A DNA stretch of 63,762 nucleotides, the filler included, from Octopus bimaculoides (taxonomy: Eukaryota): the NCBI RefSeq assembly GCF_001194135.2. It is 5 parts of 5 records of this genome, joined end to end, with 100 filler letters (N's around TTAATTAATTAA, not from the genome) between each part and the next. Parts side by side here need not be neighbours in the genome. Positions count along the whole stretch, not along the records: positions 52,616 to 58,460 come from NC_068999.1; positions 58,561 to 62,070 come from NC_068984.1; positions 62,171 to 63,762 come from NC_068985.1; 2 more parts are not named here. One strand, 5' to 3'. The notes beneath the pieces are model-generated. The model saw nothing but the letters and a program-made list of their open reading frames with translations, ran no database searches and was not told the origin of the DNA. Both the position numbers and the translations under genes were made by a program. Below are positions 52,663-63,762 of the stretch, piece by piece (the first letter of the stretch is position 1; each line of letters starts with the position of its first letter).

Positions 52663-53428
52663 TTGATAGATAGATATCTGTTTATTTACACTGAATTTTA
52701 CTTGTAACAAATCTCAGCTGCCAAAGATCGATAACGTGTAAAAAATTCTATCACATTCCGATCCAATCTAACCCCGCCAAGACTTTTCCTCGACGCCAGA
52801 ATATTTAGCAGACCCAAGAATGAAAAACATTGCCAGAGGAGAAAACGCCTGCAAAATTATATTTCATTGAGGCAGTGGAGGTTACGTGTTTCCTAGTGTC
52901 ACTATCTTCTCCGTCGATGAGGGATCTTAAAAGAAAGGAGTTCCAAGAGGAAACATCCCTTCACAGACACTGCAGGTTGCCAAACACTTAGGTCTTCCAA
53001 AAATCATCTAAAAGCTTCCATTTTTCATATCCTTTATGTCCTTTGTGTCTTGTTCGCCTCTAATCTCCCCCAATATAGCAAAGAGGTGAACGATAATTCA
53101 TAAACGTTAGATCAGTCTCATCAGTTTAACCATAACCACCGCTTTTGTGAGTAAACTATAGTTGTCTCGAGTACGTTTACTGAGTAACACTTGAAACACC
53201 GAAGGCCCCCAGTTGGCGTTTGTGGCGCGTGTAAGTCTGGTACGTTGGTCTCCCTAGCGAAGGAAAAGATGTGTTTGGGTATAGAAAACTAATGTAAACT
53301 AATAGACTATACAGTACATTTTGTTTCACCGCAGGGGTTAACCAGTCAACAGCTGCAATCTCAAAGAAAGTGGGATCCAATGACAACTGCACAACATTGT
53401 TACCATTCATCCAAACATACATACATTG

Positions 53429-53463
<35 letters not shown>

Positions 53464-54339
53464 CATACATACATATATATGAAAATTAACAGAATGAGAT
53501 AATATATATACACACATGTACATATATACATGCATATATATATATGTGTGTAACTATATATATGTATATATATAATGTATTACTACACTATATATTCGTT
53601 ATATGTGTGTGTGTGTGTGTGTGTGTGTACGTGCACACATAGACATATATTTGGAACTTGATCCAGCTGTCAACTGAAAGTCTATCCACTCAACTCCACC
53701 TATCTCAGCATGTACGTATCTCTCTATAATACGCAGACTCACAGACACGTACAAAAATACCTGAGTACCTTACTGGTACTTTTCTTTATCAAATCGAAAG
53801 ATGAAAGGTGAAATCGACTTTGAGACCTCTGACGGCAAGCTGCTGTCCGCTCCCACAGAATCAACCAGAGCAAACAAGATCGAGCGCTCTGAGAAGTAAA
53901 ACAGCAACTACTACTACTACTACTACTACTACTATAACAATAAGAACAACAACAATACTTTCTCAGTTAGGCATAAGGCCAGGCATTTGGGATAGATAGG
54001 ACAACGGCAACAGCTACAACAACAACAACAATAGCTACAACAACAACACCCTCACCAGATGCAACAACAACAAGAATACCAAGAGTATTGGTTGTGATCT
54101 TCTATGTCTGTAGGAAGCCTATTATTTTTAAAGAGATTAAGAGGGATGAAACCTTCGAGTTTATTTATATTTTTTGGATTTTTTATCATTATTTTTTGTT
54201 TTTGTTTTGTTTTGGTTTGTTTGTTTGTTCTTGAAGAGTCTTAGAGTTTTAAGTAGCACGATTCCAACTGTAAATAGAACCTGTCTTGGAAACGTGCTTT
54301 GCCGACAAATTTGCAGCTAACACGGCTGTGCTAACATCA

Positions 54340-54372
54340 ACACTAACATCGTCAACAACATCATCATCATCG

Positions 54373-54426
<54 letters not shown>

Positions 54427-54490
54427 CCAAGATCATCTTCAACATTGTAGTCATCAGCATCGCCGACACCACCACCACCACCAACAAGAA

Positions 54491-54524
<34 letters not shown>

Positions 54525-54585
54525 GTCATCATCATCATCATCACCATCATCATCACCATCATCATCATCATCATCATCATCGAAA
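54340..54585. repeat. Degenerate (ATC)n microsatellite
   Basis: Directly visible. Confidence 0.9.
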
Positions 54586-54865
54586 AAAATAACGACAGCA
54601 ACAAAAACATTAACATTTAATAAAACACTTGAAACTGTTTCTGACAAGAAGTAGGAGCACTTATGAGTTTGTTTTACGTGGAAGAAATCGAATCACTGGC
54701 CAAAGGGGTGGGAGGGGAAGTAGTCAAGTAGGGAACCTCTATGCCGCTTGTTAAGTTGCTAGACATAGTAACCAAATACTCTTACATTGCAGCCTTCCGA
54801 AGCGTAATACATTCGGTATTGTGCTACATATACATAAAAACATACCCAACGCACACACGCACATG

Positions 54866-54950
54866 TGAAGGCGCATGACTAAGTGGTAAGAGTGTTGCTC
54901 TAATGATTGCGAGATCATGGGTTCGATTCTAGACTGGCCGTTACGTTTGT
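54866..54950 (+). mobile_element. Isolated tRNA-like SINE head (group C-type)
   Basis: gaaggcgcatgactaagtggtaagagtg...gatcatgggttcgattct: A-box and B-box-like motifs, but no acceptor stem. Confidence 0.5.
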
Positions 54951-55489
54951 TGCGTCTTGCAACCTTTCCAATGGTTTTAACTTTGAGTCAAAACTATTGA
55001 AAATGTTGCAAATTTAAGAAAAATAAAAAAGAAATAAGTGGAAATTTTACCGGTGCGTGTGTTAAATTATACATTTCTCTCAATAGTAATGTTCCACCTT
55101 CGAGTGAGAGCATGTATCCCTCGTAAAATTCTGTTGACTTTTGTTAGATCGACTTCTTCACTACAGTTTTCACTTCCTCGTCGCTGCAATAATGTTTGCC
55201 TCTCAAACCCTCTTTCACGAGGCCAAAGACATGAGAGTCCAGTGACAATGATAGTCACTGTAATTACACGCGGTTAATTTAACAACAGTAACAATAACAT
55301 TAATATAAACCACAACAAAATACTTTCAACAATATTGTGGCTGCGATTGTAATGTGAGAAACATTACCTAACGTTGCGATACGCGCAATATTACGGGTAG
55401 AAAGGATACAAAACGCTGTATGCTAGCGAAAGAAAAAACTCTATTCCTAGGTCTGAACGACCTGAGCTTGAACGCAAGAAACTTCTAAT

Positions 55490-55562
<73 letters not shown>

Positions 55563-55915
55563 ATAATTAAAAGTTTCTTGAGTTCGTTCAAGTCTGAGAG
55601 TCTGTGTTTTTTTTTTCCGTTGTGTGTGTATGCACCTAATAATTATAAACAAAGGTACATGAGGTGTAAGCTGAATAACGAGTAAAGAGCAGAATGTCAG
55701 AAAAGAAAAGGGGAGTGAACCGAAGATGGAGAATATTCATAAAAATAAATATAACGTTATTGAATAACGTTGAAGTCAGTCTACATATGCGACGTTGATT
55801 GTTAAGATGTGCTACCAAGAGATACACACACACACACACACTTACATACACAGGCGCACACACTCATATACATACATACACACATGCATACATACATTCA
55901 TACACCATACATACA

Positions 55916-55950
<35 letters not shown>

Positions 55951-56054
55951 GAATATATATTTGTATATATATATATACATATACATATACGTATATTGAC
56001 AGCTAGATAGACATATACGTATATATATATATTTATATATACATATACATACAT

Positions 56055-56087
<33 letters not shown>

Positions 56088-56114
56088 TATATTTATATAT
56101 ACATATACATACAT

Positions 56115-56147
<33 letters not shown>

Positions 56148-56711
56148 TNNNNNNNNNNNNNNNNNNNNNNNNNNNNNNNNNNNNNNNNNNNNNNNNNNNN
56201 NNNNNNNNNNNNNNNNNNNNNNNNNNNNNNNNNNNNNNNNNNNNNNNNNNNNNNNNNNNNNNNNNNNNNNNNNNNNNNNNNNNNNNNNNNNNNNNNNNNN
56301 NNNNNNNNNNNNNNNNNNNNNNNNNNNNNNNNNNNNNNNNNNNNNNNNNNNNNNNNNNNNNNNNNNNNNNNNNNNNNNNNNNNNNNNNNNNNNNNNNNNN
56401 NNNNNNNNNNNNNNNNNNNNNNNNNNNNNNNNNNNNNNNNNNNNNNNNNNNNNNNNNNNNNNNNNNNNNNNNNNNNNNNNNNNNNNNNNNNNNNNNNNNN
56501 NNNNNNNNNNNNNNNNNNNNNNNNNNNNNNNNNNNNNNNNNNNNNNNNNNNNNNNNNNNNNNNNNNNNNNNNNNNNNNNNNNNNNNNNNNNNNNNNNNNN
56601 NNNNNNNNNNNNNNNNNNNNNNNNNNNNNNNNNNNNNNNNNNNNNNNNNNNNNNNNNNNNNNNNNNNNNNNNNNNNNNNNNNNNNNNNNNNNNNNNNNNN
56701 NNNNNNNNNNN

Positions 56712-56742
<31 letters not shown>

Positions 56743-57129
56743 CACATCGACACACACAGTTACCACCACACGCTCACACGCAACCATGTACACACGCATA
56801 CACACACACATACCGACCGTCTTCACACTCTTCTGTCCGAAGAAGCACTTATTCTTCTTTCTTTCTACTTCCGGTCGCTTCATAGATGTAACCGCACGTC
56901 GTCTGTTGGAGATTTTTTCCCCTTTCTTTCTTCTTTGGACATTCATGTTTTTCCTGTTTCCGGAGAAGAGATATGCTTGAAACGTAAAACCACTACTCTC
57001 ATATTTATCTGAGCGTCTTATTAATACATTAATTGTGTTACGTCCTCATACGATTGTTTGCTTTCTCTTTATCTCTGTGTCTTTTATTAATTGACTATGC
57101 ATACATACATACATATATATATATAATGC

Positions 57130-57320
57130 TAGAGTGGCTGTGTGGTAAGAAGCTTGCTTCCCACCCACATGGTTCCGGGTTCAGTCCCACTGCGTGGCAC
57201 CTTCGGCAAGTATCTTTTACTATAGCCTCGGGCCGACCAAAGTCTCTTTCGCCAAAGTACTAATTTACGGGTACGTAGACACAATAACACCGGTTGCCAA
57301 GCGGTGTTGAAAGACACACT
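57130..57320 (+). mobile_element. SINE group A, internally deleted copy
   Basis: Intact head gagtggctgtgtggtaagaagcttgcttccc...gggccgaccaaag, followed by scrambled body fragments. Confidence 0.8.
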
Positions 57321-58352
57321 CACACGTACACACACATACACACATACTCGTTGGATGTATCTGGAAATCCCAAGAAAAAAAATAAATAAATAAAAGAAAT
57401 TCAAAACTCGAATAAATAACATGAAACAAAATATAAACAGAATAGAAATTACAACAGCTTAGTTGTTATAGATACCATCACTATGGAAACCATATGCCTG
57501 TTAACTAACAACAGGATATATACATTACTAGAAGACAAAGAGTAACAAATACGAAATATCATATTGAAAAAGAAAACCAACTAATTCGGATTCAGTTTTG
57601 ATCCAAACATTCCTATCATTGTTTGTATAACTTGATATAAAAATAAACATTAATATAATACAGAGTAATATGAGTATAAACATATGTATAAAAATAAACA
57701 TTAACATAACTTGATATAAAAACAAACATTGCTATAATAGCTCCGTTCTGACTTGAGTGTTTCACGAAATTTTGATGGAAAGAAAAGAAAGAAATAGCAA
57801 CAGGCACCGTTCAAGAATTGTTGCCAGGATATACTAGCGTAAAATATTAAACTATAAATAACTACGCTAAGTTAGTGTCTGATGAGGGCGACCAAACCGA
57901 AACGTTGAAGTCATTATCAACGATTTCCTTCATATATGATCAGCGGCGGCCTTTCTTGATTTTATTTTTGTCTTAAAATACCACCCATGTTGAATATTTT
58001 GAGTTTGGAAGATAGCTTGGAAACATACGATCATCTTGTTTTATTTTCTCACTACGAAACTAATATCTCGAATTGAGGCACATAAAACCAACGTCAGTTG
58101 AAACTAAAGAATTATTCAATCCATTTTAGTAGAGTACATGGTTGTTAAAAGCCTGTTTCTGTATTCTTTGTGGTCGTCAGATAGATGCACCTTTCTATTT
58201 CCAGAGATGTATATTTTAGTCACACAGGAACGGCAATGTCGAGTTTCAAACCCGCGGATTCGAACGCAGATTATACACATATATATAAACATTAAAACTT
58301 ATACATGTATACATGTACATATATATATGTATATATAATTATATCTATATGA

Positions 58353-58395
<43 letters not shown>

Positions 58396-58560
58396 CTAAA
58401 TCTTAAATATTTGTGTACATATATATATATAAACATGTATATATAATTATATGTATATCANNNNNNNNNNNNNNNNNNNNNNNNNNNNNNNNNNNNNNNN
58501 NNNNTTAATTAATTAANNNNNNNNNNNNNNNNNNNNNNNNNNNNNNNNNNNNNNNNNNNN

Positions 58561-58642
58561 ATCATGGTCATCATCAACATCATCATGGTCATCATCAACA
58601 TCATCATCATCAACATCATCATCATCATCATCAACACCACTA

Positions 58643-58673
<31 letters not shown>

Positions 58674-58715
58674 TCATCGTCATCATCATCACTACCACCA
58701 TCATCATCGTCATTG

Positions 58716-58751
<36 letters not shown>

Positions 58752-59115
58752 CCATCATCATCATCGTCATCACCAACATCATCATCGTCATCATCATCAT
58801 CGTCATCATCATTATCATCATCATCGTCATCATCAACATCATCATCATCACTATCATCATCCTCATCATCGTCATCATCATCACCACTACCATCATCATC
58901 ATCATCATCACCACCAACAGCAGCAATGAATAATAATAACAACGAGTTAACTAAGAACTAGCAACAACAAAATGAACAACAAAAAGTTCAACCCATAACA
59001 ACAACAACAGCAACAACAGTAACGCTATGATTAACGAGAACAACAACAACAACAACAACAATGGAAAGAATAACAATAATAACAATAATAATAATAATAA
59101 TAATAATAACAGCAA
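58561..59115. repeat. (ATC)n followed by (AAC)n/(AAT)n trinucleotide tracts
   Basis: Directly visible. Confidence 0.92.
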
Positions 59116-59697
59116 CAAAGTGATTACATAAACAGTTAAGACGTCTAGGGAGAGAGAAAACAAGTGTCCAGTTATTGAATGGTGTTTGTGTTGTGGGGTG
59201 GCGGGGGTGGCGGGGTGGCGNNNNNNNNNNNNNNNNNNNNNNNNNNNNNNNNNNNNNNNNNNNNNNNNNNNNNNNNNNNNNNNNNNNNNNNNNNNNNNNN
59301 NNNNNNNNNNNNNNNNNNNNNNNNNNNNNNNNNNNNNNNNNNNNNNNNNNNNNNNNNNNNNNNNNNNNNNNNNNNNNNNNNNNNNNNNNNNNNNNNNNNN
59401 NNNNNNNNNNNNNNNNNNNNNNNNNNNNNNNNNNNNNNNNNNNNNNNNNNNNNNNNNNNNNNNNNNNNNNNNNNNNNNNNNNNNNNNNNNNNNNNNNNNN
59501 NNNNNNNNNNNNNNNNNNNNNNNNNNNNNNNNNNNNNNNNNNNNNNNNNNNNNNNNNNNNNNNNNNNNNNNNNNNNNNNNNNNNNNNNNNNNNNNNNNNN
59601 NNNNNNNNNNNNNNNNNNNNNNNNNNNNNNNNNNNNNNNNNNNNNNNNNNNNNNNNNNNNNNNNNNNNNNNNNNNNNNNNNNNNNNNNNNNNNNNNN

Positions 59698-59733
<36 letters not shown>

Positions 59734-61629
59734 GTGTGTATGTGTGTATATATATATAGACGTGTGTATGTGTGTGTGTGTGTATGTGTCTGTATGTGTA
59801 TGTGTGTGTGCATATGTGTATGTGTATGTATGTGTATGTGTGTGTGTATATGTGTGTGTCTATGTATGTGTAAGTCTGTGTGTGCATGTGTGTGTGTGTA
59901 TGTGTATGTGTGTATATCTAGATGTGTGATATGTCTATGTATATATATGTATATATATGGATGGTAGATGGATGGTTGTGCATATATACATAGCTATCTA
60001 TCTGTCTGTCTATCTTTCTATCTCTGTCTCTATTTCTCTCTCTCACTCTCTCTCCATCTCTCTCTCTCCCTGTGTATGTGTGCGGGTGCGTACGTGCGTG
60101 TGTTTGTAAATGTATATATACACATATATATATGTGCACGCACACACACATGTATGTACGCGTGTTTATGTGTGCGTGCATGTGTGTGTATGTATGCATG
60201 CATGTACGTATGCACGAATGTATGTGTGTGTATTGGCTATTTGTACGGAAGTAAATATATAGACCATCACCTTATGCTACATAATCGACAATTTCAATGC
60301 CTTGGTCTGTAATCACTCAAGCCACGATGACGTTTTCTCTTATATATTACACACTCACACACACACACTTACCAAAATACATACATGCTTACAAACACAC
60401 ATACACTTCTAGACATACATATAAGTGTGTCTGTGTGTATGTGTGTGTGTACAAACATATTTATAGATTTGTGTGTGTTTATGCACGTGCACACATTCAA
60501 TATATATACATATATATATATATATATANNNNNNNNNNNNNNNNNNNNNNNNNNNNNNNNNNNNNNNNNNNNNNNNNNNNNNNNNNNNNNNNNNNNNNNN
60601 NNNNNNNNNNNNNNNNNNNNNNNNNNNNNNNNNNNNNNNNNNNNNNNNNNNNNNNNNNNNNNNNNNNNNNNNNNNNNNNNNNNNNNNNNNNNNNNNNNNN
60701 NNNNNNNNNNNNNNNNNNNNNNNNNNNNNNNNNNNNNNNNNNNNNNNNNNNNNNNNNNNNNNNNNNNNNNNNNNNNNNNNNNNNNNNNNNNNNNNNNNNN
60801 NNNNNNNNNNNNNNNNNNNNNNNNNNNNNNNNNNNNNNNNNNNNNNNNNNNNNNNNNNNNNNNNNNNNNNNNNNNNNNNNNNNNNNNNNNNNNNNNNNNN
60901 NNNNNNNNNNNNNNNNNNNNNNNNNNNNNNNNNNNNNNNNNNNNNNNNNNNNNNNNNNNNNNNNNNNNNNNNNNNNNNNNNNNNNNNNNNNNNNNNNNNN
61001 NNNNNNNNNNNNNNNNNNNNNNNNNNNNNNNNNNNNNNNNNNNNNNNNNNNNNNNNNNNNNNNNNNNNNNNNNNNNNNNNNNNNNNNNNNNNNNNNNNNN
61101 NNNNNNNNNNNNNNNNNNNNNNNNNNNNNNNNNNNNNNNNNNNNNNNNNNNNNNNNNNNNNNNNNNNNNNNNNNNNNNNNNNNNNNNNNNNNNNNNNNNN
61201 NNNNNNNNNNNNNNNNNNNNNNNNNNNNNNNNNNNNNNNNNNNNNNNNNNNNNNNNNNNNNNNNNNNNNNNNNNNNNNNNNNNNNNNNNNNNNNNNNNNN
61301 NNNNNNNNNNNNNNNNNNNNNNNNNNNNNNNNNNNNNNNNNNNNNNNNNNNNNNNNNNNNNNNNNNNNNNNNNNNNNNNNNNNNNNNNNNNNNNNNNNNN
61401 NNNNNNNNNATATATATATATATATATATACATAAGTACATATATATATATAATCTAAAGGTGCAATTGCTGACGATGTCTGACCAGTTCCATCACGGTA
61501 AAGAATTACCAGACAGTCCAGTCCATTGGTCTTTCGTCATCGTCGCGATGAAACTGATCGGTTATTGTGAAAAGGTGTACCTTCAATTGCCTCAGTACAT
61601 CCGTACAGACATGCATACATATATTTCAA

Positions 61630-61835
61630 CGTGAATGCATCATGGTTAAATACATTTGGGACGCATTACTATACCACCACTCACAGTAAAACATATAAAA
61701 TTGACGCAGAAACGTCCGCTGTAGTAGGAGGCAAACTGCAGAACGGGAAGGCACCTGGAAGGGACCTAATAGTTGGACATTGGTACAAGAAGCTGACATT
61801 TTACAGAAAGCCAAGTAATCCAAAAACAGGCAAAA
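61630..61835 (+). mobile_element. Internal fragment of an R4/Dong-like LINE ORF (region just N-terminal to RT motifs)
   Basis: KLQNGKAPGRDLIVGHWYKKLTFY matches the KAPGxD.I...W.KKL region-0 motif of RLE LINEs. Confidence 0.65.
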
Positions 61836-61888
61836 TGCAAGATCCTCGGTTGTGCAATGACCATTATTGGTCATTTATATATATGCAT

Positions 61889-61939
<51 letters not shown>

Positions 61940-61942
<3 letters not shown>

Positions 61943-62070
61943 TCTTTTATTCTTTTATTTGTTTCAGTCATTTTACTGCGGCCATGCTGGAGCACCGCCT
62001 TTAGTCGAGACACACCAGCATCGGTTGTCAAGCGATGTTGGGGTGGACAAACACAGACACACAAACATAT
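61940..62070 (-). mobile_element. SINE group A, 3' half, with about 80-bp internal deletion
   Basis: ...cctttagtcga joins directly to gacacaccagcatcggttgtcaagcg, skipping the block present at 36270-36355. Confidence 0.8.
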
Positions 62071-62170
62071 NNNNNNNNNNNNNNNNNNNNNNNNNNNNNN
62101 NNNNNNNNNNNNNNTTAATTAATTAANNNNNNNNNNNNNNNNNNNNNNNNNNNNNNNNNNNNNNNNNNNN

Positions 62171-62485
62171 CAGGCGGTACTGGCAATGGCCACGCTCAAA
62201 ATGGTGTATTTTATGTGCCACCCACACAAGAGCCAGTCCAGGGGCACTGGCAACGATCTCGCTCGAAAATCCTTACACATGTCATGGGCACAAGTGCCAG
62301 AAAGGCGACGCTGGGCACAGGTGCTATCCCGATTTTGCAATTTGCTTGCCCCAATAAGTCTTCGCAAGCTGAGTTTCGTGTCCAATGAAGGTGACGACGT
62401 TGGCACGGGTGCCAGTCGTCGAATTTAGTTCGATTTCACTCGCCTCAACAAGTCTTCGGAAGCGGAGTTTAGTGTCCAATGCTTA
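62171..62485. repeat. GC-rich interspersed-repeat-like segment containing two about 93-bp degenerate tandem units
   Basis: aa(t/c)aagtcttcg(c/g)aagc(t/g)gagttt(c/a)gtgtccaatg occurs at about 62354 and about 62447. Confidence 0.5.
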
Positions 62486-63762
62486 TATACATAATGATGG
62501 AGACATGTATGTAGGTGTACATAATCTTGATAATGATGATGATGTTGATAGCTGTTTACTGAGACTTGAGTATATCTGCGCAGTTTTTTTTATAAAAAAG
62601 ACTACAGTGAAGCGTAACAGCATTTAAAAAACCATTCACATGTGACGTAAACCACACAAACAACCTTTGTTTAATACACACATACACGCCCATACAATTA
62701 CTGCTACTTGCTTCAGGGTCGATGCAATTAACTAGCAGAAGTTCACACCTTATATCTATAGCAGAAAGAATTATTTGTTACTTGAAGTGCACTTTGTAGA
62801 TGACCATTCCATTTATATTCAGAGGGAGAGTGGAAGAGAGATTAAGTGAAAGAGAGGGAGAGTATGAGAGGGAGTGTGGACAAAACAATCTCATAACACC
62901 CACCTCTCACTGTTAATTAGGACCTCCAGGCAACAGAAACTATGAATTACTTCCCTAGAGTTATAACTATGTTTCTTATCAGGTGTGCTCCAATTCTTTT
63001 CATATCCTTTCTAACGAGCTGCGACTGGTCTTTCTTTGTTAGGAAATGCAAAACCTCGACACTCTCTGTGTAACTTTTCTTCCATCGACTTCACAATAAT
63101 CAATAAATCAGTTCAAAAAATTGGATTTTTAACAAGTTCAGACTAATGTCTTAGTTGACTTTTTCATAAAGATAAAAATGATTACAGGCCCAAAGAGATA
63201 AATAGAAAGACATATATGTATGTACACACATAGCTCGATAGCAAGACAGGCATCAACAAGAAGATTTATCAAGCTATCTAACAATCTTCCTTTCGTGCTT
63301 TTTCTCTCTTTCTCTCTTTCTCTTTCTGTATGTATTACACACACACACACACACACACACAAACCATTCATATATATTAGTTCATATATACATACAGGCA
63401 TATATATATATGTAAGGGACGACCGTGCGAACTCAAAAAGGAGAAATGGTGACGAATGGAAAAACAGAGGACTCCTTTTATTTAAACGTGTCACACGGTC
63501 GAACATACAAATATATATCAAAGATGATATAGATGATATGTTATGCGACGATAACATAGATGACCAGTAATGAAAGACCACAACCGTATAAGATGAATAA
63601 CAGAGATATTTATTATAGCGTTAAAGATGTATGTCTGTGTGAGAGTGTGAATGCGACATATAAGAACATAATCAAAGACAGGCCGTCATACAAAGAAAAG
63701 TGTGTATGTGAGTGATACATGTGTGTATGAGTGTTTACAGCAGATAGAAAGAGTCAGTAAAT

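Noticed and set aside
54249-54647. Asp-rich ORF with hydrophobic N-terminus resembling acidic biomineralisation proteins
   Set aside because: It is the minus-strand reading of a degenerate (ATC)n tract, starts at a non-ATG codon, and has no splice or expression evidence. Poly-Asp is the default translation of this repeat.
55067-55277. Overlapping ORFs on both strands
   Set aside because: No family resemblance and weak splice sites. Insufficient evidence.
58513-58961. Poly-His, poly-Ser, poly-Asp and poly-Met ORFs
   Set aside because: Alternative frames of the same (ATC)n microsatellite.

Overview
Repeat-dense, AT-rich eukaryotic (non-prokaryotic) sequence from a gapped draft assembly. The microsatellite load and SINE types suggest an octopod cephalopod such as Octopus (inference). 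I found no confidently identifiable intact host gene, rRNA, true tRNA or CRISPR array. Almost all long ORFs in the track are artefacts of N-gaps or microsatellites. What is present: (i) many copies of three tRNA-derived SINE groups, which I label A, B and C; (ii) decayed autonomous elements: a Penelope-like element (RT plus GIY-YIG), two CR1/L2-group LINE RT fragments, R4/Dong-like and CRE-like RLE-LINE fragments, a Tc1 transposase and a pogo/Tigger transposase; (iii) mariner-type and hAT/Charlie-type MITEs; (iv) fold-back palindromes. The most interesting signals are: a head-to-head palindrome of two decayed minimal hammerhead ribozymes (11332-11501); a dispersed family with hammerhead-like helices I/II and CUGAUGA but no GAAA box; a Penelope GIY-YIG nuclease split by about 100 stop-free codons of trinucleotide repeat; a 60-bp direct repeat bracketing 5.2 kb next to an R4/Dong tail; and several weak candidate exons on the + strand. 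Element boundaries were read by eye and are approximate unless a TSD or TIR is quoted.
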